A DNA stretch of 64,000 bases from a virus. Numbering within the stretch: the stretch's first letter is position 1; every line of letters starts with the position of its first letter. This document shows, piece by piece, positions 28,121 to 36,484 of this stretch. The DNA lies in the IMG/VR virus record IMGVR_UViG_3300025133_000026. One strand, written 5' to 3'. The translations under genes were made by a program, and so were the position numbers. The notes under the pieces were generated by a model. That model made no database searches. It saw only the letters and a program-made list of their open reading frames with translations, and was not told the DNA's origin.

Positions 28121-28821
28121 TGCTTATTCACGGGCACGACCTTGATACATTCCAAAAGTGTCCACGACTACTAAGCTTCTCTAAGAAAGATCCCCAACCC
28201 TCACCACCACAGTTTAAAGATCTTTATCTTTATATGGCTAGGTGGATGTGGGCTGCAGAAGTGCAGCATGAATGCAAAACAACAGAGAAAAGACTTAAAG
28301 AAAAATGGGCACAGTTAGTTGTGACAGAAACTAATAAGAGAGTCAAGGCAGGCGCCACCTCCCTTAAGTCAACTCAAGAAGTAATTGCTATAGGATATCC
28401 AAGAGTAAAGGATATCTATGCTCATTATCTTAATTACAGCTTAGTCCCCATGGCAGGTACTATTCCTATAGTTTATAAACTTAATAAAGATTATAGATTA
28501 AAGGTTTATATAGATGCTATCGGAGTGAGTACAAATGGAAAAACAAAAGTTTTGTTGTATACAGAATCCAAGCACAACCAACACATACCCACAAGACTAA
28601 AGATTATTGCTCAGGCATTTGCAGCCAAAGAGACTTTGGGTATAAAAGAATTTGATGTATATAAGCTAACTCGTCGCGGCGACCAAACTGTTTACTCATT
28701 CAAACCTCAATCTAGACATAAACAATGGCTTTTAAATGCATGTCAACAAATAGAATCTAAAATAGATATTCCTATTCTTAATTGTCATCACAAGTGTCCT
28801 TATAAACAAAAATGCAAATAA
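28093..28821 (+). CDS. Degenerate PD-(D/E)XK/Cas4-like protein
   Basis: LDTFQKCPR at the N-terminus; VYIDAI; C-terminal CHHKCPYKQKC. The D/E-x-K motif is replaced by LLYTE. Confidence 0.55.
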   Translation: MEQVESNRLMLIHGHDLDTFQKCPRLLSFSKKDPQPSPPQFKDLYLYMARWMWAAEVQHECKTTEKRLKEKWAQLVVTETNKRVKAGATSLKSTQEVIAIGYPRVKDIYAHYLNYSLVPMAGTIPIVYKLNKDYRLKVYIDAIGVSTNGKTKVLLYTESKHNQHIPTRLKIIAQAFAAKETLGIKEFDVYKLTRRGDQTVYSFKPQSRHKQWLLNACQQIESKIDIPILNCHHKCPYKQKCK

Positions 28822-29087
28822 ACACCAACTTTAAAATATCCAATCCTAATCGAAAGGCTCTTCCTAAACATGCTCAACCACTAGGGAGGGAGATTTGGCA
28901 TATCTGTACAATCACTGGTGGTTTGAGAGAGTATGTTCTTCTACAAGACCGTATTAATCCGAAAGATATATGGCTAAACGAAGTAGATGGGATTAGCAAC
29001 GTTAAAGAAATAGAGGACGAGGAACTTTTTAAAGACCTATGGAAGTATTTATATGACTTGGGATTTATCACAGCAACAGCGATTTGA
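28812..29087 (+). CDS. Hypothetical protein
   Basis: 91 aa ORF in the operon. Confidence 0.6.
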   Translation: MQINTNFKISNPNRKALPKHAQPLGREIWHICTITGGLREYVLLQDRINPKDIWLNEVDGISNVKEIEDEELFKDLWKYLYDLGFITATAI

Positions 29088-30171
29088 CTTAATAGCAAAA
29101 GCGCTAGGTAGCCGAAAATTCGGCAAGATTCTTTCTCTTTACAGCACTATGTCTATTTGCGACCTTGCTGATAAATACCTTATTTCTCCGATGGCTGTAT
29201 ATCTTATATATGATATGAGTTTAGAAGCAGACACCCATATGTCTCATTGGACAAGCAAACAAGATAAACTATTAGAAAATTCATATCCCTATTACACATC
29301 TGCTCTAGAACACTCTCGTGAAGAGGGGCTTCAGCGAGCATTGCAACTGAAATTAATAAGCACAGGGTGGGATGTTCAAAACCTGAAATATCTAACTCAT
29401 TATAGAAATAGTAATTATTCTATTAAAACTTGCGCGGCATTTCTCCATAAAAATGTTTCTGATGTGCAAGCAAAAGCAAAAGAATTAGGGCTTCTTAAAA
29501 GATACACCCCAACGAAAATACAACTCTCTAATCTTAAGAAACTTATTGATGCCCAACCCCACTCTCTGAACATTTATGACTTAAGTTCTCTAACACAAAT
29601 TCCCCCAGAAACTATTTCTGCTGTGTGTTTTAATAAAAAATGGACTAATAAATTAGAGAGAACAAACTCAAAAGGATGTGCTCAACTTAAGCATATCTTG
29701 CAAAATATTTACCCAAATACTACCATTATTGAAGAGTATCAAGTCGGCGAAAAGCTGCGTCTAGACCTCTATATCCCTGATCTTAATATAGGTTTTGAAT
29801 ATGATGGAATTCAGCATTTTGAATTCACTCCAATGTTTCACAATTGTGTAGAAGACTTCTTAGAGGGAGTCCGTAAAGACACTCTTAAAGAAAAGCTGTG
29901 TACAAAACGTGGTATAACTTTAGTTAGGTTTTCCTACAAAGAAGTTTTAACCAAAGGTACTGTTACCAACAAGATCAAAGATATTGGTTATGGGACAGGT
30001 ATAATAGAAGATGCGTCTGTTCTTACTGCTAAAGAAAAGAAAGCACAAGAACAAAACAACTATAAGCACAGTCAGAAACAGAAACAAAAAGAATGGAGAA
30101 AGAAACAATATGAAAAGCTGCGCGAATTCAAAAAGAAAAAACGAGGTGTCGATGTCTCAAGCTCCAGCTGA
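29053..30171 (+). CDS. Multi-HTH protein with C-terminal DUF559/Vsr-like endonuclease domain
   Basis: HTH/Myb-like segments (SICDLADKY, HWTSKQDKLL); EEY...LRLDLYIPDLNIGFEYDGIQH...RKDTLKEKLC...ITLVRF. Confidence 0.75.
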   Translation: MTWDLSQQQRFDLIAKALGSRKFGKILSLYSTMSICDLADKYLISPMAVYLIYDMSLEADTHMSHWTSKQDKLLENSYPYYTSALEHSREEGLQRALQLKLISTGWDVQNLKYLTHYRNSNYSIKTCAAFLHKNVSDVQAKAKELGLLKRYTPTKIQLSNLKKLIDAQPHSLNIYDLSSLTQIPPETISAVCFNKKWTNKLERTNSKGCAQLKHILQNIYPNTTIIEEYQVGEKLRLDLYIPDLNIGFEYDGIQHFEFTPMFHNCVEDFLEGVRKDTLKEKLCTKRGITLVRFSYKEVLTKGTVTNKIKDIGYGTGIIEDASVLTAKEKKAQEQNNYKHSQKQKQKEWRKKQYEKLREFKKKKRGVDVSSSS

Positions 30172-30718
30172 AGAGCCTACCCCTTTAATGTATGATCCAT
30201 TTTTAGCTGCTCGAACCATTAGAGTTTTTGGTGAAATAGATAGTGACGTAGCCCAAAGTGTCTTTGAACATATTTATATATTAGAGGTACTAGACCCCGA
30301 CGAACCCATTAAGCTTTATATCAACAGCCCAGGAGGAGATGTTTACGCTATGTTCGCGATTGTAGATACAATCAAAAGTACAACTTGTCCTGTATATACT
30401 ATCGGATCTGGACAAGTCATGAGTGCTGCAACTTTGATTTTAGCTGCTGGCACTCCTGGCCATCGCTCTCTTTTTCCAAACACTACCCTAATGCTCCACG
30501 AAGCATTTTCTGCTGTTTCAGGGAAGTTAACTGATATCACTATTCATCATAAAGAAACAACTAGATTACAAAAATTATATATAAAACTTCTTGAAAAATA
30601 CACAGGAACGGCTAAAGCCGATCTGGTGTCTTATATTCTTGGAAGTGATTACTACTTTAGCCCAACACAAGCTTTAAAGCTTGGTTTGGCTGATAAGATT
30701 ACAAAGAAATTAATTTAA
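30152..30718 (+). CDS. clpP: ClpP-like serine protease 2 (likely start ATG 30152)
   Basis: GAGGTG upstream; IKLYINSPGGDV; GQVMSAA; MLHE; SDYYFSPTQALKLGLADKI. Confidence 0.9.
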   Translation: MSQAPAEEPTPLMYDPFLAARTIRVFGEIDSDVAQSVFEHIYILEVLDPDEPIKLYINSPGGDVYAMFAIVDTIKSTTCPVYTIGSGQVMSAATLILAAGTPGHRSLFPNTTLMLHEAFSAVSGKLTDITIHHKETTRLQKLYIKLLEKYTGTAKADLVSYILGSDYYFSPTQALKLGLADKITKKLI

Positions 30719-30722
30719 TATT

Positions 30723-31040
30723 ATGTCTGTAGACGATAGGCTTTTGAAAATCCAACATGATGTGGACGAGATAAAAAGAGTACAGACATACACTACTGCA
30801 CATCTAGACAATCTTTCAAGAGAATACAATAGAACTTCAGCTGCCTTAGAGAAAATGGCACAGATTCAACAAGACAAATCTAATGCTAAAAAAGAGGCTA
30901 TTAAAGAAATCTGGGCTGTTCTAAAGAAACCATTAACGATCTTTTTGTTAGCATGGGCAACTTCAATGAGTTATCTCTACTTTTCAAAAGGAGAAAGCCC
31001 TGCCCCTGAGGCAGTAGAGTATCACAACAAGGGGGACTAA
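30723..31040 (+). CDS. Coiled-coil protein with single C-terminal TM helix
   Basis: Heptad N-terminus followed by PLTIFLLAWATSMSYLYF. Confidence 0.6.
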   Translation: MSVDDRLLKIQHDVDEIKRVQTYTTAHLDNLSREYNRTSAALEKMAQIQQDKSNAKKEAIKEIWAVLKKPLTIFLLAWATSMSYLYFSKGESPAPEAVEYHNKGD

Positions 31041-31435
31041 TGTACACTTTTCTTTTAGCAGAAGACTATCACCCTGATATTCTTCTATTTAGAAAAGCCA
31101 TCAAGGAACTTGGATTGCCTGTTCGTTTGATAGAAGTGCGGAATGGCGAAGAAGCCTGGACTAAATTACAAACAGAGTCTATAGATTTAATTATCTCAGA
31201 TTTAAAAATGCCAGAGCTTGGTGGTGTAGACTTATTAAAAAGAATCAATCAAGACTCTAGGCTTAAAATGATTCCATTTATTATCTTTTCAAATTCAATC
31301 AATCCAGAAGATATACAGAAAGCTTATGAGCATTACGCAAATAGCTACTTACAAAAACCAGGCTTGTTTGAAGACTTGAAAGAACTCCTTGCTAAAGTTC
31401 ATGACTATTGGTTGAATACAAATGAGAGAATTTAG
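31040..31435 (+). CDS. Single-domain response regulator (Rcp1-like receiver)
   Basis: LLAED, LIISDLKMPELGG, IIFSNS, AY...ANSYLQKP. Confidence 0.92.
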   Translation: MYTFLLAEDYHPDILLFRKAIKELGLPVRLIEVRNGEEAWTKLQTESIDLIISDLKMPELGGVDLLKRINQDSRLKMIPFIIFSNSINPEDIQKAYEHYANSYLQKPGLFEDLKELLAKVHDYWLNTNERI

Positions 31436-32229
31436 TGACCAAGAAACAATGCACAAAGTGCAAGGCCACGAAAACCTTACGTAGTTTTCATAAAGATGCC
31501 AATAAACCAGATGGCTATGCCTCTAACTGTAAACTTTGTCGAAAAAAGCACAAAGAAAAAGCTACAGCAGAAGGCAATGCATATCATCAGACACCTATAG
31601 CTAGATATAAATCATATCAAAGAGGTGCTAAACAAAGATCTTTAAAATGGGAATTAACAGAAGAGGAATTTCTTCAATTCTGGCAAAGACCTTGTTTCTA
31701 TTGTACGGCACAGATAAGCACAATTGGCCTTGATCGTTTAGATAATAATTTAGGCTACACGATGACAAATGTAGTGCCATGCTGCACATCATGCAACTTC
31801 TTAAAGGGTCCTCGTGGGGCTGATGATTTTATTTCAAAATGCTTCAAGATTGGACAGAATAAAATTCCTTACAAACTATTAACTAGCTTTACTGTTGACT
31901 CCAAGCCTATCTCTACAAACAAAGGTTATTTCATAGGAAATAAACGTATGTTTAAAACTAAAGAAGCAGTGCATTGGCAAGCGGCAATCAAAGAAGCCTG
32001 TCCGTATACAGGTGAGGTAATTCAGGGAAAGAAGATTCATGTAGAAATAGACTTCTTCTTTAAAACAACCGCTAGTGACGTTGACGGACCCACCAAGTTC
32101 ACCATGGATGCCCTGGAAAAAATTGTCTACTTCAATGATAAGCAAATTTATTCGGTCAAGCTTACCAAAAACAAAGATAAAGATAATCCCCATGCTAAAA
32201 TTCGAGTATATGAAATCATTGAACTCTAA
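31435..32229 (+). CDS. Zn-finger/HNH-like domain fused to RusA-like resolvase (GTG start)
   Basis: CTKC...CKLC; CFYC..GLDRLDNNLGY...NVVPCCTSCNFLKG; KPISTNK...SDVDGPTKFTMDAL...NDKQI. Confidence 0.8.
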   Translation: MTKKQCTKCKATKTLRSFHKDANKPDGYASNCKLCRKKHKEKATAEGNAYHQTPIARYKSYQRGAKQRSLKWELTEEEFLQFWQRPCFYCTAQISTIGLDRLDNNLGYTMTNVVPCCTSCNFLKGPRGADDFISKCFKIGQNKIPYKLLTSFTVDSKPISTNKGYFIGNKRMFKTKEAVHWQAAIKEACPYTGEVIQGKKIHVEIDFFFKTTASDVDGPTKFTMDALEKIVYFNDKQIYSVKLTKNKDKDNPHAKIRVYEIIEL

Positions 32230-32319
32230 AACACGGACAACTTCTAATCCCTCCAAAATAAAGAAAAAAAAAGGAAGGAAGAAGAAATCCAAATACTAGA
32301 AACCACCTACAAAAGACAA

Positions 32320-32472
32320 GTGTGGTATAAACTAACTAACTGGGAAAGATACATCTTGTATCTCCACTCATACTGCGGCTTAACGGCTAGAGATATTAGC
32401 AGGATTACAGGAGTGGCGAAGACAGATATAGCAAAAGATATAAAAGGAGTATTAGATGGCATTCGCTGTTAA
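32320..32472 (+). CDS. Sigma-70 region 4-like HTH, not in the ORF track (GTG start, or reached by -1 shift from the ATG 32210 frame)
   Basis: Reads (V)WYKLTNWERYILYLHSYCGLTARDISRITGVAKTDIAKDIKGVLDGIRC*. The frame stays open upstream to 32248 with no ATG. Confidence 0.65.
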   Translation: MWYKLTNWERYILYLHSYCGLTARDISRITGVAKTDIAKDIKGVLDGIRC

Positions 32473-32920
32473 GGGCAGACCAGACACTTATGGTGCTACA
32501 AACCAAGGTGACATTGTGGATAATACATTTCCACACGAAAACTTTAAGACAGTTGTCTGGGATGATCCTAAGGATTGCCCGGGTTTAACTATTGACTTCG
32601 CAGACCGAGAGAAGGAAGAGTCTATCAGTACCTTTATTTACAACTCTCTTAGAACAAGAACCCTTCCCCAGGTTTGGGAGCTTGAATTAAGCAGCAACAT
32701 GAAGACAACAAATACACGGTGGACAGGTATCATCGATGACAGAAAAATGTACAAGCGTCCTCTTCGAGACTCATGTACAGAAATAGCTCGTCAAATACTA
32801 GGCACAGACAATGTCGTTGGTATTCGTATTACCCAACAACATGGTGCTCAGCTCGCCATCAATCCAGATGGCCCTGCGGATACAAAGAGAAGTCTAACCA
32901 TGGTCTACAAGGCACTGTAA
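32456..32920 (+). CDS. Hypothetical protein
   Basis: 154 aa; GGAG upstream; followed by a terminator. Confidence 0.75.
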   Translation: MAFAVKGRPDTYGATNQGDIVDNTFPHENFKTVVWDDPKDCPGLTIDFADREKEESISTFIYNSLRTRTLPQVWELELSSNMKTTNTRWTGIIDDRKMYKRPLRDSCTEIARQILGTDNVVGIRITQQHGAQLAINPDGPADTKRSLTMVYKAL

Positions 32921-32942
32921 GTACTTGTTTCATAAGAAGACT

Positions 32943-32971
32943 AAGAGGGAGCCTGAGTGCTCCCTCTTTTT
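32943..32971 (+). terminator. Rho-independent terminator
   Basis: Perfect 10 bp stem AAGAGGGAGC / GCTCCCTCTT, 6 nt loop, T-run, 22 nt after the stop of 32456..32920. Confidence 0.85.
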
Positions 32972-32976
32972 ATGTT

Positions 32977-33531
32977 ATGACTGATGCCTTGGACAGATAC
33001 ATATTCCCTCTTGGGACTATTCAGAGAGCGCCCGCGGCTATCTCTTTGTTGAATAATATTTATAATAAATATGAAGTCAATTGCCCAACGAGAGAAGAAC
33101 AACAAGAATATGTTGATCATATAAAAACTTTCTTATCATTATCAACAGCTGTTGCTCGTGGTTATCTTTTCTTACCAATTCCCCACATTCCCGCCTTGGG
33201 AATGTTAGGGGTAGTCCAGTTACCTGTTAATCCTATTTATTTTAGAGGAGTTTCTTCTCCATTTGGAATACATACCACCAACCCAATTGGCCAAGATGTT
33301 CTTGACATTAGTGTATTGTGGCAACAAAAACTAACGACAAAACCAGAGAGAAGAAAAAGCGAAGTAATAAAAAATAGGCCTATCGGAGAAGAAGGCTTTG
33401 CCTTTAAGTGTCTCCCAGATAGAACCTATTTATTACAAGACTGCGAATGGGTTGCAACGAACCCACCCACTTTAATTGGAAATAAATCCCTCTTGCTGAT
33501 TAAGACTGATGATAAGATTCAAGCTGAGTAG
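32977..33531 (+). CDS. Hypothetical protein (likely start ATG 32977, MTDALDRY...)
   Basis: Start placed after the terminator; the ORF-track N-terminal extension overlaps the previous gene. Confidence 0.6.
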   Translation: MTDALDRYIFPLGTIQRAPAAISLLNNIYNKYEVNCPTREEQQEYVDHIKTFLSLSTAVARGYLFLPIPHIPALGMLGVVQLPVNPIYFRGVSSPFGIHTTNPIGQDVLDISVLWQQKLTTKPERRKSEVIKNRPIGEEGFAFKCLPDRTYLLQDCEWVATNPPTLIGNKSLLLIKTDDKIQAE

Positions 33532-33745
33532 CTCTTGACTCTACACCATCCATACGGGTCTTCAGTTGCTCAACATCTGTTTGTTTGAGAAGACCCAACT
33601 GTGTTATCTGATCAATTGTGATAGTACGCCCGAGAGCAGTGATAACATCATTCATCTTATTCTCAAGTGCCTTGACTCTAGCCAACAGGGATTGATACTC
33701 CACAGAACTAACAGGCATATTACATCGCCTCCTCTTCGAAACCAT
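33500..33745 (-). CDS. Small coiled-coil protein, last gene of the minus-strand arm
   Basis: LLARVKALENKM...LKTRMDGVESR; probable start MPVSS. Confidence 0.65.
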   Translation of the reverse strand: MVSKRRRCNMPVSSVEYQSLLARVKALENKMNDVITALGRTITIDQITQLGLLKQTDVEQLKTRMDGVESRATQLESYHQS

Positions 33746-33971
33746 TTTGTTTTTTCTCTACAGGAGAGAACTTGGCCGCTACATTGGATGCAAAATAAGC
33801 ACCCCAAATCATACTTAGAAAAGCAACCCATTGCTCACCTGCAATTAGCACCCACTGAACAGCACCAAAAGCCGTCCAGGTTAAAGGAACTGCAAACAAT
33901 AAGGTAACCAATATTGTTAGTCCTACGGCTGCAGAGAATTTACGGGAAACCCATTTATTATGTTGTTCCAT
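33720..33971 (-). CDS. Two-TM holin-like membrane protein
   Basis: WVSRKF followed by two hydrophobic helices and a charged C-terminus. Confidence 0.6.
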   Translation of the reverse strand: MEQHNKWVSRKFSAAVGLTILVTLLFAVPLTWTAFGAVQWVLIAGEQWVAFLSMIWGAYFASNVAAKFSPVEKKQNGFEEEAM

Positions 33972-33974
33972 TTT

Positions 33975-34964
33975 CTAAGTATAGCATCCTAACTGTAATG
34001 CCGTTAAATCGCTGAGATACATTTCTCGAAGAAGATCTCTCCAACTATAGCTAGGAGTCCAATCCAGGATAGCTTCTGCTTTAGAACCATCGCCTTTAAG
34101 ATATGGAACATCAGACGGCCGCATGTATCGCTTATCCATCCGATATACATCTTCATATTTGAGTTCTGCAAGTTCACAAACATACGCTAACATCTCCCTG
34201 ATTGATACTGATTCACCAGTTGCAATCACAAAATCTTGAGGTTTATCTTCTTGAAGCATTAGGTGCATAGCTCTAACATAATCTTTACTATGCCCTATGT
34301 CTCTGTATGCATCCATGTTACCCATATCTAGGCGATCTTGCAAGCCTAATTTTACAGAAGCAACACCTTTTGTGATCTTCCTTGGAGCAAAGTCTAATCC
34401 TCGTCTAGGTGACTCATGATTAAAAAGGATACCAGAACAGCAGTGAAGATCGTAGGCTTCACGATAGTTACGAACAGCATAAAAGCTAGCAGCTTTAGCA
34501 ACAGCATAAGGGGACCGGGGGTCGATGGGTGATTCTTCATTGTAGCCAGACTCAGGACATTTCATTCCTCCAAACAATTCACTTGTTGCGGCAAAGTAAA
34601 CCCTGGTCATAGGGCTCTCTTGTCTTACCGCTTCTAGTGCTCCAATAGTGGCCTCTGCGTCCACCCTGAAGGTCTGTATTGGCTCTTTGAAGGACTGGCC
34701 GACATGGGACATGGCTGCAAGCAAATAAAGCTCTGTGGGCTGTATCTGGCGCATTAGAGACTGCATCTGAGCATGGTCACATATATCACCAGGAACTAAA
34801 TGAAGTTTAGGGTGTTCTTTAATAAGTTTAATATTATTAAAGTTATTCCCTGTGCTCACTCTGCGATATAATCCATAAACATCGTAATCTTGTCCAATAA
34901 GATACTCTGCAAGATAACTGCCATCCTGGCCCGTCACCCCGGTAATCAACGCACGCTTCTTCAT
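33975..34964 (-). CDS. gmd: GDP-mannose 4,6-dehydratase
   Basis: ALITGVTGQDGSYLAE, AAMSHVGQSF, ATSELFG, PRSPYAVAK, GILFNHESPRRG. Confidence 0.96.
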   Translation of the reverse strand: MKKRALITGVTGQDGSYLAEYLIGQDYDVYGLYRRVSTGNNFNNIKLIKEHPKLHLVPGDICDHAQMQSLMRQIQPTELYLLAAMSHVGQSFKEPIQTFRVDAEATIGALEAVRQESPMTRVYFAATSELFGGMKCPESGYNEESPIDPRSPYAVAKAASFYAVRNYREAYDLHCCSGILFNHESPRRGLDFAPRKITKGVASVKLGLQDRLDMGNMDAYRDIGHSKDYVRAMHLMLQEDKPQDFVIATGESVSIREMLAYVCELAELKYEDVYRMDKRYMRPSDVPYLKGDGSKAEAILDWTPSYSWRDLLREMYLSDLTALQLGCYT

Positions 34965-36061
34965 TCTGCCTCCACAGAGTTTACTGCTTCAACAACAAGA
35001 TTTGCTTGTTCTTTTGTCATACAGGGATGAATTGGAAGAGAGATAAGGCGCTCAGATAGAGCTTCACAAACAGGTGTAGTTGCCGAACCAAAGAGCCCAG
35101 TCTCAGATAATGCCTCAGGATAATGATAGCCAAAAGCAATGTCAGCATTTGTCAAAGCAATTGCCACATGGTCACGATGCTTAGGGCTATCACAGCGATA
35201 TTCATAGAGATGATAAACATGAGTTGATCCTACTTGTTTCCCAGGCGACCGGTGTTCAAATGCATTGTCATATATCTTCGCCACTTCTTGTCTCTTCTTG
35301 TTCCATCCATCTAGAGCCCCCAGAGCATGGAATAACTGAGCTGCCTTGATTGTGTCAAGTCGAGAATTGCCTCCTAGGATTTTATGCTCATATTTCTTTT
35401 GGGCGCCCTGGTTGATCCAGGTACGAACATAATTAGCAATCTCTGTATTGTCTGTTAAAACAGCTCCACCCTGTCCTATAGTACCAAGGTTCTTGGCAGG
35501 ATAAAAGGATGTTGTGGCGGCATCTGCATAAGCTCCTAGGTGTTGTTTATTAAAAGTTGCTCCCAGTGACTGCGCGCCATCTTCTATTAAATAAACTCCA
35601 TGAGCCCAACACAGATCTTTTAGTTTAGCCATGTCTGGCCTTTGACCATAAAGAGATACAGCGACAACAGCAAGAAATTCACCTTTCCTAAAAGCAAGAT
35701 GATTTCTTACAGAATCTATATTAATTAGATATGTATTCGGATCAACGTCAACAAAGACAGGCTCTAGTCCAGCCTGTACAGCAGCGTAGGCAGTTGCAAT
35801 AAAAGTATTATTTGGCATTAATACTTTTTTTCGCTTAAGACTACCAGGAAGAGAAGAGAACACAATCCGCAAGGCATCCGTTCCATTTCCTACACCAACT
35901 ACATGTTTGCATCCAGTATAGTCTTCAAGAGCATTCTCAAAACGTTTAAGATATGATCCTCCAACAAACTGACAAGTATGAAGAATATCTAGAACATCTT
36001 TATCAATTGCATCCTGTATCTCTTTATACTGTCCGGGTAGATTTACAAAGTTAACTTTCAT
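34961..36061 (-). CDS. DegT/DnrJ/EryC1/StrS PLP-dependent sugar aminotransferase
   Basis: GVGNGTDAL, IEDGAQSLGA, SFYPAKNLG (PLP Lys), GGNSRLD, ISLPIHP. Confidence 0.95.
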   Translation of the reverse strand: MKVNFVNLPGQYKEIQDAIDKDVLDILHTCQFVGGSYLKRFENALEDYTGCKHVVGVGNGTDALRIVFSSLPGSLKRKKVLMPNNTFIATAYAAVQAGLEPVFVDVDPNTYLINIDSVRNHLAFRKGEFLAVVAVSLYGQRPDMAKLKDLCWAHGVYLIEDGAQSLGATFNKQHLGAYADAATTSFYPAKNLGTIGQGGAVLTDNTEIANYVRTWINQGAQKKYEHKILGGNSRLDTIKAAQLFHALGALDGWNKKRQEVAKIYDNAFEHRSPGKQVGSTHVYHLYEYRCDSPKHRDHVAIALTNADIAFGYHYPEALSETGLFGSATTPVCEALSERLISLPIHPCMTKEQANLVVEAVNSVEAE

Positions 36062-36076
36062 TTTGATTATAGAATC

Positions 36077-36484
36077 CTATTCTCGAAGAAATCCAGTTTT
36101 TTGGGTTCTTCCTTTTAGATGTTTATTAAAAAATACCAAGTCTGTTCTGTTCCACTTCTTATAACGTCCATGATTTACCAATCTCATCTTCTTTATTACT
36201 TTGTCTTGACCGCCATGCTTTTTAATTATATTTTTATTAAGATGGACTATATAGTTTCTTACTAATAGTTTTCCTAACCTTTCGTATTCTACAAAAGGAA
36301 TGCTTCTTTGATATCTGCTCGAAACAAGATCTATCAGTCGTAAAAAACTATGATGTTTTGTAAAGATATATGATTCGCCTCGCTGACCAACAATTTTTGG
36401 ATGACTAAAGATTACATTTGCCATGTATGTAGTCCCTGATCGCCCGTGGCCGCCAATAATAATTGGTGCTTTTGGTGGCATCAC
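36077..36484 (-). CDS. Short sulfotransferase-like protein (internally deleted or minimal)
   Basis: PIIIGGHGRSGTTY (5'-PSB-like); only 135 aa. Confidence 0.6.
   Translation of the reverse strand: MMPPKAPIIIGGHGRSGTTYMANVIFSHPKIVGQRGESYIFTKHHSFLRLIDLVSSRYQRSIPFVEYERLGKLLVRNYIVHLNKNIIKKHGGQDKVIKKMRLVNHGRYKKWNRTDLVFFNKHLKGRTQKTGFLRE

Noticed and set aside
30011-30151. Long basic N-terminal extension on ClpP 2, and similar extensions at 4536, 17580 and 32773
   Set aside because: These come from upstream in-frame starts overlapping the previous gene; better-placed downstream starts exist.
33566-33907. + strand 113 aa ORF
   Set aside because: Lies antisense to two coupled minus-strand genes with better protein-like features.
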